DNA of 48,849 bases from Octopus bimaculoides (Eukaryota). The translations under genes and the position numbers were made by a program. The notes beneath the pieces were generated by a model that saw only the letters and a list, made by a program, of their open reading frames with translations, made no database searches and was not told the origin of the DNA. Below are positions 12,074 to 24,178 of the stretch, in pieces (the stretch's first letter is position 1; each line of letters starts with the position of its first letter). The stretch covers positions 63,232,892 through 63,281,740 of the forward strand of contig NC_068983.1 in the NCBI RefSeq assembly GCF_001194135.2, in the 5' to 3' direction.

Positions 12074-12769
12074 TCAATACCGTGTATGCCCTCCCTGGGT
12101 GTTCAAAATGGTCGTACACCGTCGGTACATGGGGCGCATAAGACGGTTCACAAAAGCAGCTGGCACTTGTGTTCACACCCTGAGGAAAGCTGCCTCCAGT
12201 TCCACAAGAGTTATCAGCCTTTGGATCACCTGGTTCAGCTGTCTCCTGGTTCACCCCACAGGTGGTCGATTGGGTTCAAATCCGGGCTGAGAGCCAGCCA
12301 CAGCAAGGTTCTGATGTTGTGCTGACACAGGGAATCCATGGTAACCCTGGCCGTGTGGAAGGGAGCATTGTCTTACTGGAACATGTGGCTATGGTGGCGC
12401 GCGAAGAAGGGCACGATATGAGGTCTTAGAATTTGGTCAACGCAGGGTGTTGGCAGCCAGTTGACGTTGTACCATGTCATCGCTGATGGGTCGCTGTCCA
12501 TTGTCAATGGTCTCGAGAGCAGTCACGCTGGCCGGTCTGAAGCGATCACAGAGGTGTTGCAGGTGGATGAAGCAATCCTGCTTGGGTGTGCTCAGCCGGG
12601 GGTGCCCTCTGCGGGTACGGTCTGCAATGATGTTGGTGTTGTATTGCTGTTGCAGGCGATAGATGGTGCTCACATGGACATTGTAAGCTTTCACAACAAT
12701 CCGGACACACTGCTCTGTTTGCAATCTGCCGATTGCTTGTTCTCTCTGCGCTTCTGATAATCGGGTCAT
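12074..12769 (-). pseudogene. Tc1 (DD34E-type) transposase, internally deleted
   Basis: MTRLSEAQREQAIGRLQ...HVSTIYRL...RGHPRLST (HTH region), then QILRPHIVP..FQ*DNAPFHTARVT..SPDLNPIDHLW and C-terminal GGHTRY*. The segment with the first catalytic D is missing. Confidence 0.9.
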
Positions 12770-12793
12770 ACCTAATGCCTCCAAATTACGAAT

Positions 12794-13444
12794 TATTAGC
12801 CATAAAGGCTTAATATAGTGAGGATAGTACAAAGCAAGATGTTCGTGGATCGAATGAAATAACAAAATGTGAAAACATATAATTAAAAATTAAATATATC
12901 AGATGATGAAAACAATAAAGAGTGGGGGACGGGTTCGACCCCACAAGTCCCGTTCCACCACTGAACGCTTTGATTTTCTTTATGTTCTCACTCAATCAGG
13001 TTCATTTACTCTCATCATGCTTGCCACTTTCTTCCATCTTTTGGCATAAATATCGAGTGACAGGCATCTCTTCTCCAGTCTTATTTTCCTTCTAAGATGG
13101 AAAATATAAAAGTTTACTAACCCAAGGCTGGAGATGACGTTTGTCACTACTCCTTTCATAGGTGTCCTCCACACCGTCTCTTTCGCTATAGTTACCACAC
13201 AGAGAAAACAAACCTTTCCTTCCCTGTTCAGAGAGGGCGGTGGGACAATCTTTATTATTGATTCGGAAGATAGTTGTACTCTTCCTAAACGCGACAGCAG
13301 CTGTTCGGTATAAACCCACAGTTCCGAAAGTTTTTGGACACTGCATAATCGCGTGCAGAACAGTTTCACTGCTCTGCTCGCATCTTGGGCAAGTGGGTGA
13401 GCATGAATAGCCATGCCTGACGAGCTTATTTCGAACTGGTAATT
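12794..13444 (-). mobile_element. 5'-truncated L1/Tx1-clade LINE (ORF2 C-terminus + 3' UTR) inserted in the Tc1 5' UTR
   Basis: 12-bp TSD caaattacgaat at 12782-12793 and 13445-13456. Minus-strand translation LPVRNKLVRHGYSCSPTCPRCEQSSETVLHAIMQCP (zf-RVT-like), then after a frameshift LWVYTEQLL...AKETVW...FHLRRKIRLE...RW. Confidence 0.85.
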
Positions 13445-15184
13445 CAAATTACGAATGCCAAGAACGCGGTTCAAGTTGATTACTATACCCATAACCTCCA
13501 CGAGATGCACGTGCATTTCAGTTTTCATGACAATTGTTTGCGACTTCCACCCACGGCATTTAACGCAGCTGCATTTTGGAGTCTCGTTTCAGGGAAAGTT
13601 GAAAGATTACCTGCAATTTGGATCTCAGTCATAAACCAACATGTCTTGGAATATTTACACTTACATCACCGAAATAAATTTTCAGTGTTTACCATGTAAA
13701 AATGACATTTGAAAAAATCGCATTTCTTTTGCGGTTCGGTGTATTTAGTTGCGACTTTTTATCCACTAACTTCTAATCCTAAGTAGATAAAGTCCAAATG
13801 AAACGAATATGAGTTAAAATAACTCAATACTATTTCAAAATCGTAGTATATATATTAGATAATGTGGATCTTTCCTGATTGATTTGCTGAGTCCGACAGT
13901 TTTTATATTTTCTATACAGTATAGTTGTGTATGCTAATTACGAACATCGCAGTAATTATTTTTTTATGAAAATGAATTAACATATCTAACAACCATTAAA
14001 CTTTTTTTTTTTTTTTGTAAGCTTAGCCAATCAGACTCATCTGCTCTCTATAAGGTCGTCTTGGTGTTATGGAAGGCGCCGTGTTTTTTTCATTTTGCTT
14101 TCGAAACGTGGTTAAGAAAAGTCACAATTTGTTTTCTTAGAAATTGATAATAAAACATTATAGAGAACATTAAAGTTGAACATATTTAATTAACGGAAAC
14201 AAAAAAAAACAAAAAAAGAAATTAACTTTTGTAATGAAGTTTAGTAGCACACTACAAACTCTAATTCTTAATCCTTGCCCCCAAATTGTAAATTCTAATC
14301 TCTAACATTAAATTCTAACTCTAATCTTAACCCCTACATCCTAAACATAATCTCTAAATCCTAACCGTATTTTCATTTTCCGATGACGAAAATAGTGAGT
14401 CTGAGTTGGTAATGGTTACTAAAATATCAAGAAAGATCGAGCTCTTAAGTCAAACGGAAACGATCCGACAATGTTTGCAGAAAAGGTGCAACCAGCATAT
14501 GTTCTTTTCTCTTCTTTTTTTGTTTGTTTTGTTTTTTATATAAGAGCTGACAAGGTTGGGATAGTGGAGGTGATAAATGTAATCAAAAGCAACAAAAAGA
14601 CAATAGTGGAGCTAAAATCAGCACCGCAAGCTAACAAAACATCCGTTAATTCTACAATGTTCAACTCACTGCTTATGAATAATAATGAAATGTACCATTT
14701 GAAAATTAAATATTTTTTCACCATGGATACAGTGCAATGTTGGTCACATTGTACGAACAGCGAATGCTCTCGTGTCATCAGACGCCGTACTGATGCTGCT
14801 AGATTTTGACTCATGATAATTTATATCTTCTAGTAGTCTTAATCTGTTGTGCTACATCTATTGTTTTGCAGTTCGGTCTTTTTCCTTAAAAAATATTCTA
14901 CTTTCTTCCACATATTACAATGATGCGTTAGATCAACACAATGCCCGACTTCCTCTTCACAAATAATTTATATATTTTATTTTATTTTATTTATTTATTT
15001 TTTTTATTCTATTTTTATTTTATTTTATTTTATATTGTATATTATATTATATATTGTATATTCCATATTCTATACCCCACATTAGTTCTGCAGGAATATA
15101 AATAAAACATAAAAAACAGACAGTGTTGGAACTCTTTTAAGCAAAATAATATATATATATATACACACACACACAGAGAAAGGA

Positions 15185-15253
15185 CTCTTGACAGAAATAA
15201 CAATATTTTATAAAACAAAACAACGAAAGATTAAAAACATGTATATATATATC

Positions 15254-15296
<43 letters not shown>

Positions 15297-15367
15297 NNNN
15301 NNNNNNNNNNNNTTAGTCTTTTGTTGTTTTGATTTGTTTTATAAAATATTGTTATTTCTGTCAAGAG
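15185..15367. repeat. Inverted repeat (35-bp perfect core, ~55-60 bp imperfect) around a TA/TG microsatellite and small gap
   Basis: ctcttgacagaaataacaatattttataaaacaaa (15185-15219) is the exact reverse complement of 15333-15367. Confidence 0.85.
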
Positions 15368-15467
15368 CCCTTCCTCTATATTATCATTTCGTTTTACATT
15401 CAATATTCAAATTTCAAATCTATTGTTTTATTATCCAATCGAAACACTTCACAACAGATTAGGAAGC

Positions 15468-15531
<64 letters not shown>

Positions 15532-15888
15532 CATACTGATAGACAACCAACAGACAGACAGATAGCACACATATATACGCACGCTTTTAGAAAGGATCGC
15601 TATCTTATCTCATTTTGCTCTAGCATGTTTTGGAAACTACGTAATGAAATGACTACATCAGCGCTTTCTAATGTGGTACACTCTACCCATTACGCATAAT
15701 ATTTGCTTTCGAGATATTTTAATTTGTGTCTAGCGGAATACTTTAAATGTTATGCCCATTCGTATGTATTAAAATGTGTGTTTATGCATGTCAAACAAAA
15801 TATAAATATATACACAAACCATATATGCATACATATTTACATATATGCAGATAGATAAATAGACAGACAGACAGATATACAGATATAC

Positions 15889-15922
<34 letters not shown>

Positions 15923-16427
15923 TAATCCAAATAAAAGAAAAAGGCAGACTATCATTTTTAATGATCAGTTACAATTGTTTCTGTATGAACTCTGTTTTCA
16001 ACGCCAGTTCACGCAGAAGTTCCAAGTGAAAATTTACGTAATAATTGCAGCTTTCAAGATGATAGTGACACTTCCTCAGACCTGCATTATAGGTGCGCTC
16101 TTACATTGTGCATCTCACAGACTTTATGTTCTCCTTATATCGAGTGGAAACAAAAGGTCAATAAATATGAAAATGTAAATAGACTGTGCCAGTGTAGATA
16201 AAAGTTTGGTTTGGGGATGAGAAAGCAGTATAACGAGAAGGGGCGAAGAAAAAGATGAAGAAAAGAAAGAGGAGGAGAAGGAGAACAAGAACATATACAC
16301 ATATATGCACACACACACATACACACATATATATATACTCTCTCTTTCCTTTCCTGAGCGTCCAATAATACTATCCATATCACGTCCTCACTTTGTTGTT
16401 TTTTTGTTTTTTTGTTATTGTTTTTTT

Positions 16428-16486
<59 letters not shown>

Positions 16487-16812
16487 GCACATACATGTAT
16501 GTTTCATATGCCATCAAATTCGCTAATTACTTCAAGAACTTTTATCACAACACACCCACCTATATAACACCTGCATACAATTAACATCGTCAAACAGCTT
16601 ACTGTTCATTATATGTTACATTGGGTAATTTAAGCTGATCTTTTGTTTTATTTTGAGGGTATTATATAGTTACCTTGTTAATATTACCAAGTAATTACTG
16701 TTACAGATTTTTTCTGATTAAAAAAAAACGGTATTACGAAGAAATTATCTGAATGAGGCAGAAATAGAAGGATGAAAGTTGTTAATCAAGAAAAATAAAC
16801 ATCAAATTATCA

Positions 16813-17695
16813 GATAATGGGCGCCTATTCTTCATGCAGAAAACGCATGATGTTCGCCGCACCAGAAATGGGATTCTGTGAAAAGTTCTACCTGCCTTCA
16901 ACACGCCAGAGACGGTGTCCATACCGTTAGGTTTGCACTTCAAGTACAAACATTTAAAGACTTTTGACCTTGAGGCAAGTGACAGAATCCTGGTTATTGC
17001 TGCTGTATAAGCAGTAGACGTGAGGGCCCTAGAAGACGCGATCCTTTCAGGAGACTACCGACCAGAAAACGAAAGTGACACAGTCAGACTATTGGCAATC
17101 ACTGACACAAATATTATAAAATTACCTGATCACACCAGATTTGTGAAATGCCTATATCTGTTCTCGTACACGTCTTTCTTGAGCTAGTATTTTTTGCGCT
17201 AGGTATTAAAGATAACTTTGATAGTTTTCGTTAAATAAACAACAACGACAACAACCATAATAATAATAGGTTGAAATTTTGGCAAAGGCCAGTAATTTCG
17301 GGGGAATTGTATATATGCATAAATGCATGCATGAATTATCTATGTATGTATATATTACGTATATATGTATGCATATAAATGTTCGTATTATGAATGTATA
17401 CTAAATGCATAGATGTGTTCATTTGTGATAAAAAAAAAATTGTTTTTTACAGTTTAGGGAAAGTTTAAGTGCAAAAATAAAAGAACAGTTTTAGACTGTT
17501 TTATTGTTTTCTCATTGTTTCGACCGAACACAATCCGTATCTGAACAAGGTGAAAAGAGCCATGAAATTAAATCTGAATATTTCTATAGAGCTGTAATCG
17601 GCCAAGTAAATGTACGTGACCCGCTTAAGGCAATAAATATTCGTGATATATTGCGGAAGATACGTAGTTCTTTGGCCGATAACCTTCAATTATAA
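16813..17695 (+). pseudogene. Unidentified decayed coding-like region in two blocks (16813-17187 and 17453-17695)
   Basis: 125-codon frame with two internal stops and 81-codon frame with one internal stop; protein-like composition in an otherwise stop-rich background; no family recognised. Confidence 0.35.
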
Positions 17696-18145
17696 CCATG
17701 TTTTAATTGTTAGGATTTTGTTTTTTAATATAATGAAAACTTAAACGAAGCTCAAGGCCCATGCAGTTGAAACATGAACGAAAATCTTTTCAAGAAATTG
17801 CAATTATTTCCATAGCTTTTTCAAGTTCTTCAATAATTGTTGAACGTATTAAACTGGTTCAGGGCAATAGGGAAAAAATGTTAAAAAATATAAACAAGAT
17901 TAAATAATTAGTTTTGTTGAATTATTTAGTTATAAAATTATTTCGTTCCTGGATCTTCGATCGGAATATATTTTTCTACTTTGTTGTATGGATTTTTATT
18001 TCAGACTAGGGACATTCAGTTCAGTCTCACAGAGGTTGTCATTAGTAAAGGCGTAATGGTAACTTCATATCACTCCAGTCCCTTTCTCAGAAAAGGTAAG
18101 TTTTGCGAATTATCAAAAACAAATCAATATTTATTTTGTGTAGCA

Positions 18146-18358
18146 AGGCGAAGAAATAGCAGAATCGTTCGCACACCGGACAAAGTGCTTAACGGCGTTT
18201 CGTCTGTCTTTACGTTCTGAGTTCAAATTCATCTGAGGAAGACTTTGCCTTTTATCCTTTCGGGTTCAATAAAATAAGTACCAGTCGAGCACTGGGGGTC
18301 AATATAATCGACTTATTCCCTAAACATAAATTGCTGGCATTGTGCCAAACTTTGAAAC
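18146..18358 (+). mobile_element. tRNA-derived SINE with 19-bp TSD
   Basis: Body gcagaatcgttcgcacaccgg...gttctgagttcaaattc...aagtaccagtcgagcactggggg; TSD caatatttattttgtgtag at 18125-18143 and 18359-18377. Confidence 0.85.
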
Positions 18359-18553
18359 CAATATTTATTTTGTGTAGTTAAGAGCGATGTAGTTTCAATG
18401 TTTCCGTATGCCGAGAACAGCACCAATATCAACAGTTCTTATCTCACTCTTTCCGTTTGAGTGGAGTGTCGTAATTTTCTGTCATTTATATGCCATGGAA
18501 ACCAAGTAACCGGCCCTATGAGTCCCAGGACGCGTGACAGCAATGTCCAGAGC

Positions 18554-18600
<47 letters not shown>

Positions 18601-18601
<1 letters not shown>

Positions 18602-18703
18602 TGCCTGGTGTACCCTTATCAGACGGATAGTCATGATGGATATATTGGGCTTTGTATATTTTACCCCAGTGTCACCTTGATGGCATGCACTGCTCTCTCA
18701 CTC
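18601..18703 (+). mobile_element. Short copy (103 bp) of an (AAT)n-embedded repeat
   Basis: Flanked by (TAA)n 18555-18600 and (AAT)n 18704-18756; its reverse complement matches the start of 25523-26012 (gagtgagagag..catcaa.g..cactgggg..tgataa.ggtacaccag). Confidence 0.8.
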
Positions 18704-18756
<53 letters not shown>

Positions 18757-18758
<2 letters not shown>

Positions 18759-20261
18759 TTCTGGAAACACTAGCCATAAACAAGGTGGCACCAATTATTA
18801 TAAAATACATAAGACACTCAATGAACAAATGGCAGACAGTGCTACAGCTCCAAACAAAAGAGGGACTTGTGAAAACGAAAGTCATTCCCATTAGAAGAGG
18901 AATATTCCAGGGAGACACGCTCTCCACTCCTGTTCTGCCTGGCACTCACACCTTTAACTGAATTGCTAAATAGAACTGGGTGCGGTTACAAATGCTACGG
19001 GATAACAGTCAGCCACCTTTTATACATGGATGACCTAAAATTATATGCTAAAAAGGACAAAGAGCTAGAAACACTACTACAGACAGTACATGGCTTTACC
19101 AAGGAAATAGATAAGAAATTCGGATTAGAAAAATGTGCCAAAGCAACCCTGAAAAGAGGACAATTAGTTAAAAGTAGCAACATCACACTAGATAAAGCCA
19201 ATGAAATAAAAGAACTAAATGAAAGCCAACCATACAAATATTTAGGAGTCAATGAACTAGATAGAATACAACACACACAAATNNNNNNNNNNNNNNNNNN
19301 NNNNNNNNNNNNNNNNNNNNNNNNNNNNNNNNNNNNNNNNNNNNNNNNNNNNNNNNNNNNNNNNNNNNNNNNNNNNNNNNNNNNNNNNNNNNNNNNNNNN
19401 NNNNNNNNNNNNNNNNNNNNNNNNNNNNNNNNNNNNNNNNNNNNNNNNNNNNNNNNNNNNNNNNNNNNNNNNNNNNNNNNNNNNNNNNNNNNNNNNNNNN
19501 NNNNNNNNNNNNNNNNNNNNNNNNNNNNNNNNNNNNNNNNNNNNNNNNNNNNNNNNNNNNNNNNNNNNNNNNNNNNNNNNNNNNNNNNNNNNNNNNNNNN
19601 NNNNNNNNNNNNNNNNNNNNNNNNNNNNNNNNNNNNNNNNNNNNNNNNNNNNNNNNNNNNNNNNNNNNNNNNNNNNNNNNNNNNNNNNNNNNNNNNNNNN
19701 NNNNNNNNNNNNNNNNNNNNNNNNNNNNNNNNNNNNNNNNNNNNNNNNNNNNNNNNNNNNNNNNNNNNNNNNNNNNNNNNNNNNNNNNNNNNNNNNNNNN
19801 NNNNNNNNNNNNNNNNNNNNNNNNNNNNNNNNNNNNNNNNNNNNNNNNNNNNNNNNNNNNNNNNNNNNNNNNNNNNNNNNNNNNNNNNNNNNNNNNNNNN
19901 NNNNNNNNNNNNNNNNNNNNNNNNNNNNNNNNNNNNNNNNNNNNNNNNNNNNNNNNNNNNNNNNNNNNNNNNNNNNNNNNNNNNNNNNNNNNNNNNNNNN
20001 NNNNNNNNNNNNNNNNNNNNNNNNNNNGGTATAAACACACGCCAGAAAAGGTCACAGAAAACGAGAAAGCAACCATACTCTGGGATATGCCAATATACAC
20101 AGATAGAGAAATTAAGGCAAATAGACCAGATATAGTTGTCAAAGATCATGAAGGAAAAAAATGCTTTCTAATTGATGTATCAATACCAGCAGATGACAAC
20201 GTTTCTCTAAAAGAAATCGAAAAGCTTTCAAAATACAAAGACCTGGAAATAGAGGTAACTC
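18757..20261 (+). mobile_element. RLE-type non-LTR retrotransposon fragment (R4/Dong-like): RT core plus restriction-like endonuclease; 745-bp gap inside; truncated at both ends
   Basis: IRRGIFQGDTLS, VSHLLYMDDLKLYAK, KFGLEKCA, YKYLGVNE before the gap; ANRPDIVVKD..KKCFLIDVSIP..D..KEIEKLSKYKDLEIE (PD..D..K RLE pattern) after it. Clade assignment is from motif recall. Confidence 0.8.
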
Positions 20262-20918
20262 GAAGAGGGTTAAGCTTTCAGTTGAGATCATCAAATTTAA
20301 AAGATCCCGAAAAAGACAAATGAACCTAAGGGTGACCAAAAGTTCAAGGGATTTCTTAAAACACTGACTAGCATAGTCTTCGTCGTACTGCAAATAGAAA
20401 ACGAACGACTAATGAATGGCCTAAATGAGGTACAAGAACATTTTTAAAAAGACAGAGTGAAAATATGCGTAAATGTGATACCACTAAGTAGAACATGACA
20501 GAGACAAGCTGCTCGAGACAGTAATATGATTTTTTAATCATTGCTCTACATAAACTAACGAGACGTGAACCCTTTCTTGCTATTTACCAGCACTCGAATT
20601 TTCAGGATGAAAGATTTCCAGTAACTTCACAGAATAGAGAAGAGAAGTAATTAGAGTCTTGCAACGCTCCGATTCTATCAAAGCAAAATGAAATTTTTTA
20701 ATATATTGTTTAAATATATAGTGTGACTTTTCATAAACTTTCTAGATATTCTGTTTCCTTTGTTACACGTTTAAGCCAGCTGTTGTATAACGTCCGCACT
20801 TCGACGACTCATCCCCTCACCCAATCTATATAACTTCGTTCATCCTGTCCCATATGTATCATAGCCCTAATCTCTCTTTAGTAAATATATATATATGAGT
20901 CCTTTGTAGGTGATAAAT

Positions 20919-20923
20919 TATCA

Positions 20924-20982
<59 letters not shown>

Positions 20983-20999
20983 NNNNNNNNNNTTATTAT

Positions 21000-21054
<55 letters not shown>

Positions 21055-21160
21055 CTTGTTTTGTAGTTATTGTTTTTGCTGTTTTCGTCATCGCCGTCGT
21101 CATCATCATCATAATCATCGCCGCCGCCACCGCTACCATCATCATTATCATCATCATCAT
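20919..21160. repeat. (ATT)n, (AGT)n and imperfect (CAT/CGT)n trinucleotide arrays
   Basis: Read directly. Confidence 0.95.
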
Positions 21161-21508
21161 CTCCCCTACTTCGGTAAGTAACACACGTTAACAAGGAGGG
21201 GAAATGTAATTATGCGACGTTCAGGATTTTATTAAGAGTGTTAGCGGCGTAAATGAATGGAATAATTGGCTTCAATTAAGACTCACAATCTATTTGTTGT
21301 TGATTAATTTTACTAGAAGCTTATGCCTTGTTCTACAGTACTTATCATAATTCACTATATTCGAAATCTAAAGAGACCTGGAGACAACAGAATTTCAATA
21401 GTGATGGACAAAATTGCAGAGCTGTGCTTAACTGCAATCCTCTTTCTTTTGAGATCAAATCTTGCCGAATAAAACAATTACTAATCTAGTACTGTGAATG
21501 ATTTAATC

Positions 21509-22278
21509 CAGTGGTTCTCAACCGGAGTCCATATGGCCACTGATGGTCCATATAAATTTTTTCTTTTTTTTTTTTGGGGGGGGGGAGTCCACGCAACAAA
21601 ACAGTAAATTGAGGATACACAATAGTATTTTAAGTGCCCCTTAAAAATTTTTACTTTAGACGTATATGTATGGATGTATGTTGTTGTTGGCACTCCGTCG
21701 CGTACGACGTCGAGGGTTCCAGTCGATCCGATCAACGGAACAGCCTGCTCGTGAAATTAACGTGCAAGTGGCTGAGCACTCCACAGACACGTGTACCCTT
21801 AACGTAGTTCTCGGGGATATTCAGCGTGACATAGTGTGACAAGGCTGACCCTTTGAATTACAGGTACAACAGAAACAGGAAGTAAGAGTGAGAGAAAGTT
21901 GTGGTGAAAGAGTACAGCAGGGTTCGCCACCATCCCCTGCTGGAGCTTCGTGGAGCTTTAGGTGTTTTCGCTCAGTAAACACTCACAACGCCCGGACTGG
22001 GAATCGAAACCGCGATCCTATGACCGCGAGTCCGCTGCCCTAACCACTGGGCCATTGCGCTTCCATATGGATGTATATATTGCAAGAAACAGCTAGGTTT
22101 CTTTCTCTTAACATTCTACGTAGTTTAATCTACACAAGTTAATGTGTGAAAAACAAAATAGAAATTTTGAAAGAAGTTTCTATAAAATTAGTTTTTAAAC
22201 ATTGAATGGCCATGGGGGCCCACCAGAATAAAACAGTAATCAAAGGGGTCTATAAGCAACAAATGGCTGAAAACCCTG
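21509..22278. mobile_element. hAT-type MITE with 8-bp TSD, containing a nested SINE
   Basis: Left TIR cagtggttctcaacc, degraded right TIR ggctgaaaaccctg; TSD atttaatc (21501-08) / atttaacc (22279-86); shares gagtcca..tgatggtcca with the copy at 41252. Confidence 0.75.
21680..22065 (-). mobile_element. Young, full-length tRNA-derived SINE with 11-bp TSD
   Basis: Minus strand ggaagcgcaatggcccagtggttagggc...ggtttcgattcc (A/B box-like), CpG-rich body, (CAA)n tail; TSD tatggatgtat at 21669-79 and 22066-76. Confidence 0.9.
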
Positions 22279-23758
22279 ATTTAACCGATGATACCCAGTT
22301 CCATAATTTAAGGCCATGTAGCTATTAGAAATCTAGTATTTTAACCTTTCGTCTTTTGATTATTCTTTGGTATTTTTGGCTGTTTCTTGCAATATATACA
22401 TTCATACATAGATCTAAAGCAAAAATTCTTTTAAGGGGCACTATTGTATATTCTCAATTTACTGTTTCGTTGCGTAGACCTCCTCCTCCTCTGCCCCCCC
22501 CCCAAAAAAAAAATTGGGGAGCATTTTGTTACAGATTCTTCTTTCTTTTTCTAAGTATGTATTAAAAGGTAAATGGCGTGTTGTGATATTTATAGCTCTA
22601 TCGGCAGCGTGAGGTAATGGTGTCAGTTACGCCAAGATTTTAATCCTTATTTTTCATTCCCTTTCTTTTATCTTAAAAACAAAACAAAAAAACTGAAAAT
22701 CTCTAGTGGAACAGTTAAGTTTCAACATGATTACTTCGATTATTAATAAAACAGTAATATGAGATTTTTCATGAAATCTGCGGTTAAACATTGTCATAAG
22801 CTACCTTCCCGGCCCCGGCAGACAAAATGGAAAAGGCGTTGCCCTGGAGGATGGCGAGAGACATGCACTAAAACTGTCATAGCTTGTGGCATCCCAGATG
22901 AGGAGACTGCCACCACTCTCATCCTCATCTTCACCCTTATTCGGTTTTAGGATTAAGCAGTCCGATGTTTACCCAAACATCACAAAGTTATTGGGAAGGA
23001 ATATTTCACCCGTACAAGACAGGTAAGGAGAGAACGTGAACCCCAGTTGGATTTGAACTCAGGACGTAAAAGGAAGTGAGGAAAACATTTAATTCGTTAC
23101 GCTAAAGTTACTGTCTCTCAGATTATCGTCCAAGTCTCAGTTTTAAATATTTCATTAAAATGAACATCGTCCACAAAACTAAGCGTTTGCTTGTTTACAT
23201 GAGATTTATTGTTTTTCTGAATGGGTCTGCTTTATTATAAAGCTGTCAGCTGTTCACACCGATGAAAATCATGGAAATCACCAAATGATATCGCATATCC
23301 GGCAACTGTTGTCAAAATTTCATTTCTTCTACCGCTGTATCGTTGTCAACTAAACCAACATGGCGTTTCACAAGAAACGACAGAATAAAGTCCTGTAGTA
23401 ACCAACTATTTAATGACTGTTATTTTGTGAAATCTCTCGTTTTTGTTTTTATATGTAACATTATCTTGCTTCCTCGTAATTTCAGATATGTGAAATTCGT
23501 GCCAGATTCTATCAGTTTCCGAGTAAAACAATACAATTACAGCATGTTATCGTCAGACATGAGAGAATATTTAGAAATAACAATGCAGAAACATTACCTT
23601 ATGAGACTTTATCTGCGTGAGCGTTCTGAAATAATGAATTGCCAATAAAAAAAAGAATTTAGCTTTATTTTTCTCTAAACACCCAATTTATCGATTCAAG
23701 GGAGCATTATTAAAAACATCATTTATGTGTGAATATATATACATATATATATACACAT

Positions 23759-23846
<88 letters not shown>

Positions 23847-24105
23847 CGTGTGTGTGTGTGTCTGTAGGTATGTATATTTCTGCATTTATTTTTTTATTTT
23901 TTTTGTTCTTTCTCTTGCAATATTTTCTCTTGTAAGGAACAATGAACCATTAGAAACCTAGAAATTCCGTGTACAGCAGCATAAAAGAAAAAAAACAGTC
24001 AAGATCTGACACGGATTATGTACGTGCATGTATGTATGTATTATGTATGTATTTATGTATGTATGCATGTATGTATGTATGTATTTATGAATGTATGTGT
24101 ATGCA

Positions 24106-24178
<73 letters not shown>

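Larger units (their letters stand above)
11881..13741 (-). mobile_element. Tc1-family DNA transposon with 22-bp TIRs and TA TSD, carrying a nested LINE fragment
   Basis: TIR cactgaactgcaaaagaaacgc (11881-11902) versus reverse complement of 13720-13741 (caccgaaccgcaaaagaaatgc), 19/22 identical; TA at 11879-80 and 13742-43. Confidence 0.9.

Noticed and set aside
14250-14370. Degenerate ctaa(c/t)c repeats resembling telomeric or Helentron-type repeats
   Set aside because: Too degenerate; no perfect TTAGGG array and no element boundaries found.
14550-14809. Open frame after a polypyrimidine tract (ADKVGIVEVINVIK...), possible host exon
   Set aside because: No recognisable domain, no convincing donor or partner exon; the opposite strand is equally open.
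22759-22950. GC-richer island with short ORFs on both strands
   Set aside because: No motif, splice pair or repeat partner.
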